A stretch of 64,000 nucleotides of DNA from Veleropilina oligotropha (lineage: Eukaryota), in assembly GCA_048128005.1 (NCBI GenBank), contig JBEUKZ010000079.1:1-64000 (forward strand), read 5' to 3'. How positions within the stretch are numbered: position 1 is the first letter of the stretch; each line of letters starts with the position of its first letter. The translations under genes were made by a program, and so were the position numbers. This document shows, piece by piece, positions 41,701 to 53,510 of this stretch. The notes under the pieces were generated by a model that had not been told where the DNA came from, did no database searches, and worked only from the letters and a program-made list of their open reading frames with translations.

Positions 41701-43032
41701 AAATCAATTTAAAATGGCTATAGCTTGGAAATGATGCAACGTAGACCCATGGTTACTATGGGGAGCCTATGGGAAGTCATGGGTGGGCTTTCGAAAATGA
41801 CCTTGACCTTTGACCTCAGGTGACCTACATTGCAGGAAATGACCTAATTAAGGAAAAATGCATACATGTGTGCCCATAGTGGTTGAAGTGAACTACTATT
41901 GATGTCTGTAGTTGACATTTATCAAATTTACGTGATAAAATCGAAAAACAGGAAGTGCCTCGGCGGCCATTAAAGCATTTGTTTCAAGTGGCAATATATC
42001 AAAAAGGATGCTCCGCAGACACATAGTTACTATGGGGAGCCTATGGGAAGTCATGGTTCATCGTTCACATGTGACCTTGACCTTTGACCTCAGTTGACCT
42101 ACATTGCAGTATATGACCTAATTAAGGAAAACGCCCTATTTTTTCCAGAAAATGGTCACGAAATGGCCAACTCGGTTAATATTGATGCTAGAGCTTAGAT
42201 ATTTTGAATGGAAATAATAAAAAAATTCGATCTAAAAACTTTCAATTTTTTTTAAAAAATTTTAAAAAAATTTGAAAAAATCCTAAAATTTTTAGAATAT
42301 CCAGGAATATAATTTGGAGCCCTATACAGCTGCTAGCAGCTTTTATTAGACTTAGTTTTTTTAGATGAATATTGCTTCATAGCGCCTCTAAAAATCGTCC
42401 TTTTCCTTCCAGATTTTCGCATAAAATATACTATATAAAGATCGTTATATTAGAGAATTGTGACAAGAATACAATAAGTACTTTCATTGTTTAAAAAATA
42501 CTATTTTAATTCCTCGTCTCATGTCGGCGCGACCAGCTCAGTGCTAATTGCCTTACCAGATGAAGTAGGCAGTTTATGAGCCTGCCTCTTTGAGGTGTCA
42601 TAAAGCCGCGCAGCAACCCTGTCCAGTGGACAGCAAGGCCCTTCAGAAGTTCTGCTATCAGGCTTAAGTAAACATTTAGCCAACAGAAGGCTACATGATT
42701 CATTAACTGTTAATATATGGTGAAAACATTGATATTCTGTTGGTCAGTCCAGTTGCGCATTCATTATTATAGATACTTCTTAATTTCCATCATAGGTTAA
42801 TGCACAAGATAATAGATTTAAAAACTACTATACGGCGTAGAAATCTAAGATTGGCGGCATTCGATTCAGAGTGGCCATATGTATATCTTAAAATATAAAA
42901 AAAAAAATTTTACATTTAGTATTTTTTGTAATTTTTTTTTTTTTAAATTAAACTTTTTTATTTTTTTGTATTTTACGTCTTTTTTTTATTTCGTTTATCT
43001 GATTGAAGCCCTCACAGCTGCTCGCAGCTTTA

Positions 43033-43072
<40 letters not shown>

Positions 43073-46000
43073 TGACGTTTTTTGTAAACACTTTAGCGGA
43101 AAAACGGCTATAGCTGAATAGTTGTAAGTTGCCATATAGTTAGTACTATAGCTGAATTGATGCATACAACTTTTTGAGTCACATGACCGCGCCGGTTTGT
43201 CGGCCATCTTGGATTACGTCATAAACTAGCTTCTTTTATAACTTTGTTAATATTTAACCTAGCGGGACATGATTAGTATATTCGGATGCCAGAGTCGCTT
43301 GTCAAAAATGTCATGAGAGTGGATTTTTGAATTTTTAATTTAACCGGCGGCCATAGTGAAATCAATTTAAAATGGCTATAGCTTGGAAATGATGCAACGT
43401 AGACCCATGGTTACTATGGGGAGCCTATGGGAAGTCATGGGTGGGCTTTCGAAAATGACCTTGACCTTTGACCTCAGGTGACCTACATTGCAGGAAATGA
43501 CCTAATTAAGGAAAAATGCATACATGTGCGCCCATAGTGGTTGAAGTGAACTACTATTGATGTCTGTAGTCGACATTTATCAAATTTACGTGATAAAATC
43601 GAAAAACAGGAAGTGCCTCGGCGGCCATTAAAGCATTTGTTTCAAGTGGCAATATATCAAAAAGGATGCACCGCAGACACATAGTTACTATGGGGAGCCT
43701 ATGGGAAGTCATGGTTCATCTTTCACATGTGACCTTGACCTTTGACCTCAGTTGACCTACATTGCAGGAAATGACCTAATTAAGAAAAACGCCCTATTTT
43801 TGCCAGGAAATGGTCACGAAATGGCCAACTCGGTTAATATTGATGCTAGAGCTTAGATATTTTGAATGGAAATAATAAAAAAATTCGATCTAAAAACTCA
43901 ATTTTTTTTTAAAAATTTTAAAAAAATTTGAAAAAATCCTAAATTTTTTAGAATATCCAGGAATATAACTTGGAGCCCTATACAGCTGCTAGCAGCTTTT
44001 ATTAGACTTGGTTTTTTTAGATGAATATTGCTTCATATCGCCTCTAAAAATCGTCCTTTTCCTTCCAGATTTTCGCATAAAATATACTATATAAAGATCG
44101 TTATATTAGAGAATTGTGACAAGAATACAATAAGTACTTTCATTGTTTAAAAAATACTATTTTAATTCCTCGTCTCATGTCGGCGCGACCAGCTCAGTGC
44201 TAATTGCCTTACCAGATGAAGTAGGCAGTTTATGAGCCTGCCTCTTTGAGGTGTCATAAAGCCGCGCAGCAACCCTGTCCAGTGGACAGCAAGGCCCTTC
44301 AGAAGTTCTGCTATCAGGCTTAAGTAAACATTTAGCCAACAGAAGGCTACATGATTCATTAACTGTTAATATATGGTGAAAACATTGATATTCTGTTGGT
44401 CAGTCCAGTTGCGCATTCATTATTATAGATACTTCTTAATTTCCATCATAGGTTAATGCACAAGATAATAGATTTAAAGACTACTATACGGCGTAGAAAT
44501 CTAAGATTGGCGGCATTCGATTCAGAGTGGCCATATGTATACCTTAAAATATAAAAAAAAAAATTTTACATTTAGTATTTTTTGTAATTTTTTTTTTTTT
44601 AAATTAAACTTTTTTATTTTTTTGTATTTTACGTCTTTTTTTTATTTCGTTTATCTGATTGAAGCCCTCACAGCTGCTCGCAGCTTTAATTATTATTATT
44701 ATTCTGACGTTTTTTGTAAACACTTTAGCGCAAAAACGGCTATAGCTACAGCTTTCAAAATTCATGCGTGGTTGGGCACATCATTGAAGCATTGCCTCGT
44801 TCTAATTTCAAGTTTCTGGATTGCGTACTTTGGTCGTAATCTTTAATTTTGTAAACAAGTGACCACTTTTTAAAAAGTATACTCCTCGGAAACGGCTTTA
44901 GATATCGAGACAAAATCATCACTGGCATGATCTAGACCACTGACACTAAAAATTTATGCAGCGAAATTTTCATTTGTTCAATGCTAAGGTCGCTAGGGGC
45001 GTCCGAATCTTTTCAAAACCGGCGGCCATAGTGAAATCAATTTAAAATGGCTATAGCTTGGAAATGATGCAACGTAGACCCATGGTTACTATGGGGAGCC
45101 TATGGGAAGTCATGGGTGGGCTTTCGAAAATGACCTTGACCTTTGACCTCAGGTGACCTACATTGCAGGAAATGACCTAATTAAGGAAAAATGCATACAT
45201 GTGTGCCCATAGTGGTTGAAGTGAACTACTATTGATGTCTGTAGTTGACATTTATCAAATTTACGTGATAAAATCGAAAAACAGGAAGTGCCTCGGCGGC
45301 CATTAAAGCATTTGTTTCAAGTGGCAATATATCAAAAAGGATGCTCCGCAGACACATAGTTACTATGGGGAGCCTATGGGAAGTCATGGTTCATCGTTCA
45401 CATGTGACCTTGACCTTTGACCTCAGTTGACCTACATTGCAGTATATGACCTAATTAAGGAAAACGCCCTATTTTTCCCAGGAAATGGTCACGAAATGGC
45501 CAACTCGGTTAATATTGATGCTAGAGCTTAGATATTTTGAATGGAAATAATAAAAAAATTCGATCTAAAAACTTTCAATTTTTTTTAAAAAATTTTTAAA
45601 AAATTTGAAAAAATCCTAAAATTTTTAAAATATCCAGGAATATAACTTGGAGCCCTATACAGCTGCTAGCAGCTTTTATTAGACTTAGTTTTTTTAGATG
45701 AATATTGCTTCATAGCGCCTCTAAAAATCGTCCTTTTTCTTCCAGATTTTCGCATAAAATATACTATATAAAGATCGTTATATTAGAGAATTGTGACAAG
45801 AATACAATAAGTACTTTCATTGTTTAAAAAATACTATTTTAATTCCTCGTCTCATTTCGGCGCGACCAGCTCAGTGCTAATTGCCTTACCAGATGAAGTA
45901 GGCAGTTTATGAGCCTGTCTCTTTGAGGTGTCATAAAGCCGTGCAGCAACCCTGTCCAGTGGACAGCAAGGCCCTTCAGAAGTTCTGCTATCAGGCTTAA

Positions 46001-46472
46001 GTAAACATTTAGCCAACAGAAGGCTACATGATTCATTAACTGTTAATATATGGTGAAAACATTGATATTCTGTTGGTCAGTCCAGTTGCGCATTCATTAT
46101 TATAGATACTTCTTAATTTCCATCATAGGTTAATGCACAAGATAATAGATTTAAAAACTACTATACGGCGTAGAAATCTAAGATTGGCGGCATTCGATTC
46201 AGAGTGGCCATATGTATATCTTAAAATATAAAAAAAAAAATTTTACATTTAGTATTTTTTGTAATTTTTTTTTTTTTAAATTAAACTTTTTTATTTTTTT
46301 GTATTTTACGTCTTTTTTTTATTTCGTTTATCTGATTGAAGCCCTCACAGCTGCTCGCAGCTTTAATTAGGGCTCCAAAAATTTTTTTTTGGAGACCTAT
46401 TGTTTTTAGGGCTTCAAGCACTTCAGGCTTGAAGACCTATTGTTTTTATTCCGATCTCTATTATTATTATTA

Positions 46473-47060
46473 CTAGCTTTTGGTACCCGTCTTCGCCGGG
46501 TAAGTCCCCCCACCCCAATTTTTTTTTTTTTTTTTTTTGGATAGTGCTCCCTTAAATTTTTTTTTTTTTCCCGAATTTTCCGAATTTTTTTCGTGGTAAA
46601 CCTTCCTTGGGGGACCCCGATTAACCCCCCAAAGTTTGAAGGTCCTAGGTCAAAGCGTCTGGGAGGAGTTCAACTTGAAACAGACACACACACACACATC
46701 CATTATATGAAGATATATAGTAATATTTTTTTTTTTCCCGAATTTTCCGAATTTTTTTCGTGGTAAACCTTCCTTGGGGGACCCCGATTAACCCCCCAAA
46801 ATTTGAAGGTGCTAGGTCAAAGCGTCTGGGAGGAGTTCAACTTGAAACAGACACACACACACACATCCATTATATGAAGATATATAGTAATATTTTTTTT
46901 TTTTCCCGAATTTTCCGAATTTTTTCCGTGGTAAACCTTCCTTGGGGGACCCCGATTAACCCCCCAAAGTTTGAAGGTCGTAGGTCAAAGCGTCTGGGAG
47001 TAGTACAACTTGAAACAGACACGCCCGCCCGCATACAATTATAGCTCCATTATATTAAGA
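46473..47060 (-). mobile_element. Non-autonomous canonical Helitron (588 bp) with three ~168-bp internal repeats, nested in a HINE (ATT)n tract
   Basis: Minus strand starts TC (47060) and ends with hairpin TACCCG..CGGGTA (46484-46502) then CTAG (46473-46476); inserted between A and T without TSD; removing it restores the ATT run. Confidence 0.85.
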
Positions 47061-50000
47061 TTATTATTCCGGACGATTTTGTGTCGGCCGTAGCTCAATA
47101 ACCGCTATAGCTGCTTAATTGTTAGTCATCATCTATGATCATACCATACTGAAGTTGTGTGGCGCGGTTTATCAGATAGGTGGCGCTAGTAGTCTGGCGG
47201 CCATCTTGAATTACGTCATAATATCAAACCCTGGAATAACTTTGTTAATAATGAACCCGGAGCTGCATGATTTACATATTTATATACCAGCACTTATTGT
47301 CTAGAGTGATATAAGAGCGGATTTTTGAATTTCGACTTTAGCCGGCAGCAATTTTGAATTAAAATTTTACAAATTGAAATAATTTTAAAAAAAATTTAAA
47401 TAATGGAATTAGAGACATGGGTACTATAGGGAGCCTATGGGAAGTCATGGGTGGGTATTCCAAATCCACCTTGACCTTTGACCTCAGATGACCTATATTG
47501 CTCTAAATGACCTAATTAAGGAAAAATCTTAGTTTGCCTATTTGGACCATAGAAAATGGTCATAAAAGGGGCTAACTAGGTTAAAACTGATCCTAGAGCT
47601 TAGATATTTTAAATTAGGTCAAACAAAAATTTCGATCAAAAAAACAAAATGGCCGCCAAAATAATTTTTAAAATGGCCATATCTCGAGAACTACTGGGCG
47701 TAGACTGATCCTAGAGCTTAGATATTTTAAATTAGGTCAAAAAAAATTTCGATCAAAAAAAACAAAATGGCCGCCAAAATAATTTTTAAAATGGCCATAT
47801 CTTGGAAATGATGCAACGTAGACCCATGGTTACTATGAGGAGCCTATGGGAAGTCATGGGTGGGCTTTCGAAAATGACCTTGACCTTTGACCTCAGGTGA
47901 CCTACATTGCAGGAAATGACCTAATTAAGGAAAAATGCATACATGTGTGCCCATAGTGGTTGAAGTGAACTACTATTGATGTCTGTAGTCGACATTTATC
48001 ATATTTACGTGATAAAATCGAAAAACAGGAAGTGCCTCGGCGACCATTAAAGCATTTGTTTCAAGTGGCAATATATCAAAAAGGATGCACCGCAGACACA
48101 GTTACTATGGGGAGCCTATGGGAAGTAATGGTTCATCTTTCACATGTGACCTTGACCTTTGACCTCAGTTGACCAACATTGCAGTAAATGACCTAATTAA
48201 GGAAAACGCCCTATTTTTGCCAGGAAATGGTCACGAAATGGCCAACTCGGTTAATATTGATGCTAAAGCTTAGATATTTTGAATGGAAATAAAAAAAAAA
48301 ATCGAAAAACTTTCAATTTTAAAATTTTTTTTTAAATAAAATTTAAAATGGCTATATATTGGAAATGATGCAACGTAGACCCATGGTTACTATGGGGAGC
48401 CTATGGGAAGTCATGGGTGGGCTTTCGAAAATGACCTTGACCTTTGACCTCAGGTGACCTACATTGCAGGAAATGACCTAATTAAGGAAAAATGCATACA
48501 TGTGTGCCCATAGTGGTTGAATTGAACTACTATTGATGTCTGTAGTCGACATTTATCAAATTTACGTGATAAAATCGAAAAACAGGAAGTGCCTCGGTGG
48601 CCATTAAAGCATTTGTTTCAAGTGGCAATATATCAAAAAGGATGCACCGCAGACACAGTTACTATGGGGAGCCTATGGGAAGTCATGGTTCATCTTTCAC
48701 ATGTGACCTTGACCTTTGACCTCAGTTGACCTACATTGCAGTAAATGACCTAATTAAGAAAAACGCCCTATTTTTGCCAGGAAATGGTCACGAAATGGCC
48801 AACTCGGTTAATATTGATGCTAGAGCTTAGATATTTTGAATGGAAATAATAAAAAAATTAGATTTAAAAAAAACAATTTTTTTTTTAAAAATTTAAAATG
48901 GCTATATCTTGGAAATGATGCAACGTAGACCCATGGTTACTATGGGGAGCCTATGGGAAGTCATGGGTGGGCTTTCGAAAATGACCTTGACCTTTGACCT
49001 CAGGTGACCTACATTGCAGGAAATGACCTAATTAAGGAAAAATGCATACATGTGTGCCCATAGTGGTTGAATTGAACTACTATTGATGTCTGTAGTCGAC
49101 ATTTATCAAATTTACGTGATAAAATCGAAAAACAGGAAGTGCCTCGCCGGCCATTAAAGCATTTGTTTCAAGTGGCAATATATCAAAAAGGATGCACCGC
49201 AGACACATAGTTACTATGGGGAGCCTATGGGAAGTCATGGTTCATCTTTCACATGTGACCTTGACCTTTGACCTCAGTTGACCTACATTGCAGTAAATGA
49301 CCTAATTAAGGGAAACGCCCTATTTTTGCCAGAAAATGGTCACGAAATGTCCAACTCGGTTAATATTGATGCTAGAGCTTAGCTATTTTGAATGGAAATA
49401 ATAAAAAAATTCGAAAAACTTTCAATTTTAAAAAAAGAATTTAAATAAAATTTAGGTGTGTTTTGTGTTCAAATCATTAATGCGATAACATGGCTCTAAC
49501 TTGAAGCCCTGCACAGCTGCTAGCAGCTTTAATTAGGGCTCCAAAATTTTTTTTGGAGACCTATTGTTTTTATTGCGATTTTTATTATTATTCTTTTTCT
49601 TATTATTAGGGCTCCAAAAATTTTTTTTTGGAGACCTATTGTTTTTATATTTATTTTTATTATTCTTATTATTATTATTATTATTATTCTCCGGAAGTTG
49701 TGTCAAGCCTAGCGCCTAAACTGCTATAGATGCATAGTTGTAAGTTGCCATATAGTTACTACTATAGCTGAATTGATGCATACAACTTTTTGAGTCACAT
49801 GACCGCGTCGGTTTGTCGGCCATCTTGGATTACGTCATAAACTAGCTTCTTTTATACCTTTGTTAATATTTAACCTAGCGGGACATGATTAGTATATTCG
49901 GATGCCAGAGTCGCTTGTCAAAAATGTCATGAGAGTGGATTTTTGAATTTTTAATTTAACCGGCGGCCATAGTGAAATCAATTTAAAATGGCTATATCTT

Positions 50001-52107
50001 GGAAATGATGCAACGTAGACCCATGGTTACTATGGGGAGCCTATGGGAAGTCATGGGTGGGCTTTCGAAAATGACCTTGACCTTTGACCTCAGGTGACCT
50101 ACATTGCAGGAAATGACCTAATTAAGGAAAAATGCATACATGTGTGCCCATAGTGGTTGAAGTGAACTACTATTGATGTCTGTAGTCGACATTTATCAAA
50201 TTTACGTGATAAAATCGAAAAACAGGAAGTGCCTCGGCGGCCATTAAAGCATTTGTTTCAAGTGGCAATATATCAAAAAGGATGCACCGCAGACACATAG
50301 TTACTATGGGGAGCCTATGGGAAGTCATGGTTCATCTTTCACATGTGACCTTGACCTTTGACCTCAGTTGACCTACATTGCAGTAAATGACCTAATTAAG
50401 GAAAACGCCCTATTTTTGCCAGAAAATGGTCACGAAATGGCCAACTCGGTTAATATTGATGCTAGAGCTTAGATATTTTGAATGGAAATAATAAAAAAAT
50501 TCGATTTTAAAACTTTCAATTTTTTTTTTAAAATTTACAAAAAAATTAAAAAAATTCTAAAAAATTTATAATATCTAGGAATATAACTTGGAGCCCTATA
50601 CAGCTGCTAGCAGCTTTAATTAGGGCTCCAAAAATATTTTTTTGGAGACCTATTGTTTTTATATTTATTTTTATTATTATTCTTATTATTATTATTCTTA
50701 TTATTATTATTCCTCGGAAGTTGTGTCAGTCCTAGCGCCTAAACTGCTATAGCTGCATAGTTGTAAGTTGCCATATAGTTACTACTATAGCTGAATTGAT
50801 GCATACCACTTTTTGAGTCACATGACCGTGTCGGTTTGTCGGCCATCTTGTATTACGTCATAAACTAGCTTCTTTTATAACTTTGTCAATATTTAACCTA
50901 GAGCAACATGATTAGTATATTCGGATGCCAGAGTCGTTTGTCAAAAATGTCATGAGAGTGGATTTTTGAATTTTTAATTTAACCGGCGGCCATAGTGAAA
51001 TCAATTTAAAATGGCTATATCTTGGAAATGATGCAACGTAGACCCATGGTTACTATGGGGAGCCTATGGGAAGTCATGGGTGGGCTTTCGAAAATGACCT
51101 TGACCTTTGACCTCAGGTGACCTACATTGCAGGAAATGACCTAATTAAGGAAAAATGCATACATGTGTGCCCATAGTGGTTGAAGTGAACTACTATTGAT
51201 GTCTGTAGTCGACATTTATCAAATTTACGTGATAAAATCGAAAAACAGGAAGTGCCTCGGCGGCCATTAAAGCATTTGTTTCAAGTGGCAATATATCAAA
51301 AAGGATGCACCGCAGACACATAGTTACTATGGGGAGCCTATGGGAAGTCATGGTTCATCTTTCACATGTGACCTTGACCTTTGACCTCAGTTGACCTACA
51401 TTGCAGTAAATGACCTAATTAAGAAAAACGCCCTATTTTTGCCAGAAAACGGTCACGAAATGGCCAACTCGGTTAATATTGATGCTAGAGCTTAGATATT
51501 TTGAATGGAAATAATAAAAAAATTCGATCTAAAAACTTTCAATTTTTTTTAAATTTTTTAAATAAATTTAAAAAAATTCTAAAAAATTTAGAATATCCAG
51601 GAATATAACTTGGAGCCCTATACAGCTGCTAGCAGCTTTAATTAGGGCTCCAAAAATTTTTTTTTGGAGACCTATTGTTTTTATTGTGATTTTTATTATT
51701 ATTAGGGCTCCAAAAATTTTTTTTTGGAGACCTATTGTTTTTATTGTGATTTTTATTATTATTCTTCTTCTTCTTATTATTATTATTCCTCGGAAGTTGT
51801 GTCAGTCCTAGCGCCTAAACTGCTATAGCTGCATAGTTGTAAGTTGCCATATAGTTACTACTATAGCTGAATTGATGCATACAACTTTTTGAGTCACATG
51901 ACCGCGTCGGTTTGTCGGCCATCTTGTATTACGTCATAAATTAGCTTCTTTTATAACTTTGTTAATATTTAACCTAGAGCGACATGATTAGTATATTCGG
52001 ATGCCAGAGTCGCTTGTCAAAAATGTCATGGGAGTGGATTTTTGAATTTTTAATTTAACCGGCGGCCATAGTGAAATCAATTTAAAATGGCTATATCTTG
52101 GAAATGA

Positions 52108-52460
52108 AGCAGCAGGGGGGGTGACCATACCTTTTATCTGGGGGTGCGGCGAGGGAAATTAAGGCTCCCAGCACTTTTCAGAATTAATATGGATCTCAAC
52201 TCAGCAGCAGGGGGTGATCATACCTTTTATAATGGGAAAATAAGGCTCCCAGCACCTGTTCCGAGGGGGGGTGACCATACCTTTTATCTGGGGGCGCGGC
52301 GGGGGAAATTAAGGCTCCCAGCACTTTTCAGAATTAATATGGATCTCAACTCAGCAGCAGGGGGGGTCAGTGTACTTTTTAGAATGGGAAAATACAGCGC
52401 CCAGCACCATTTCAGAACCGAGCTGGTATTACTGTGGGGAACTAGGGATGTTCCCGGGGG
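52108..52460 (+). repeat. Putative left terminal inverted repeat of the Polinton, containing a 150-bp direct repeat; inner boundary uncertain
   Basis: AGCAGCAGGGGG at 52108, 52203 and 52353; GTGACCATACCTTTTATCTGGGGG at 52121 and 52271; the partner TIR is not in the window. Confidence 0.7.
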
Positions 52461-52971
52461 TTAAATTATAACACTTACCTATGCTAGCCTGGCTCCTGTA
52501 TGTTAATAGCTGTAACGTTATACCAGGAAGTATTGTTTCGCTATCAGAGTAATAATCGTAGCATGACCACAGGAAAATCTAGGACGACTTATGCGGTTGA
52601 ATGGACGGCTATAGCTCATCGAGTCAATGAATAGCAATAACTCCATGAATACAAAAGCGAGCAGGCTCGCACAATAGCGTGCACTAGAGTAGCAGCAGGT
52701 TTAAATTAAAACGCTTACCTGTGGATAGTTCGGATTCCTCTTTAGTTTTTATCATGTTTTGGTACTTAGTGTCCCTGCGGTTTTTGGCTATAGCCAGTTC
52801 AAGTCTCTGCACTGCAGCCAAGTCGTCAAAACAGATTTTTTCAAGCCAATACCTTGGTCATCAGCCATTTCGGCCTGTGAGGCCTCGTCAGAGTATCTAC
52901 CAGATACTGATGGCCCCGACTGACCAAGTTATGGTGGTGTGTCGGGTGCCTAGTTCTGTTGTTACGGTTGC

Positions 52972-53259
52972 CTATTCGTCGTCCTTCAGTAGGTTTTGCA
53001 GCCTGCGTACATCTGCGGCTGCTGCATCATGGGCAATTTCAAGCTCACGGAGTTTTTCGAGCATTTTTTTCATCCTCCACTTGGTTTTTTTCATGTTTTG
53101 GTATATGTTGTCCTTTCGATTTTTGGTTCGGGCCAGTTCCAGTCTTGTCGTATTTTTCGATACCTGATTATCGGCGGCTTCTTCATGCAGAAAGTTCTCG
53201 ACAAAACCACGTTGTTGGTCCATTGTCAAATTAGGTAGTTTTCTTGTAATGCTATCCAT
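52972..53259 (-). CDS. Small basic coiled-coil protein (95 aa), unknown function, putative early gene
   Basis: ATG in CAAATGG context, TATA box about 30-37 nt upstream, Lys/Arg-rich segment followed by a heptad-like helix. Confidence 0.65.
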   Translation of the reverse strand: MDSITRKLPNLTMDQQRGFVENFLHEEAADNQVSKNTTRLELARTKNRKDNIYQNMKKTKWRMKKMLEKLRELEIAHDAAAADVRRLQNLLKDDE

Positions 53260-53264
53260 TTGTA

Positions 53265-53510
53265 TGTGACTCGATACGTTATGGGGAGCTTATATAGTTT
53301 CTCTGTGCGTTCTACGGCCTTCTAGATCAGTTTATTGCCACATTCCCATATATAACCTCTGACGATATCTGTACTTTCTAGAAGCTTTCCACGTACACAT
53401 TTCCATATATAACTTGTTGACGAGCTCTGTTCGTTCTAGAGCTTTCCACGTACACATACTTGTTGACGATCTGTGATCATTCTAGAAGGCTGTATTGCCA
53501 CGTGACCATG
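53265..53510 (-). promoter_or_regulatory. Putative Pol II promoter of the 95-aa gene: TATA box plus repeated TTCTAGA(A) and CCACGT modules
   Basis: CTATATAAG on the minus strand at 53289-53297; TTCTAGAA at 53376 and 53480, TTCTAGAG at 53434; CCACGT at 53389, 53446 and 53498. Confidence 0.5.

Larger units (their letters stand above)
29638..52107 (+). mobile_element. Head-to-tail and nested array of Helentron-associated non-autonomous elements (HINE/DINE-1-like), two terminal types
   Basis: 5' heads TTAGGGCTCCAA..TTGGAGACCTA or TTAGGGCTTCAAG..CTTGAAG(C/A)CCTA (subterminal IR plus its inverted copy), then (ATT)n and internal tandem cores; 3' ends are a subTIR (TTGGAGCCCT or TTGAAGCCCT) plus hairpin CAGCTGCT(A/C/T)GCAGCT and a T-run, seen about 16 times; no TSDs and no coding capacity. 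Confidence 0.8.

Noticed and set aside
40810..46036. Four copies of a 65-aa ORF (MNHVAFCWLNV...)
   Set aside because: Lies in a tandemly repeated non-coding unit with no recognisable domain; identity reflects recent duplication, not selection
52144..52464. 106-aa ORF in the terminal repeat
   Set aside because: Non-ATG start; the internal peptide repeat just mirrors the 150-bp DNA duplication
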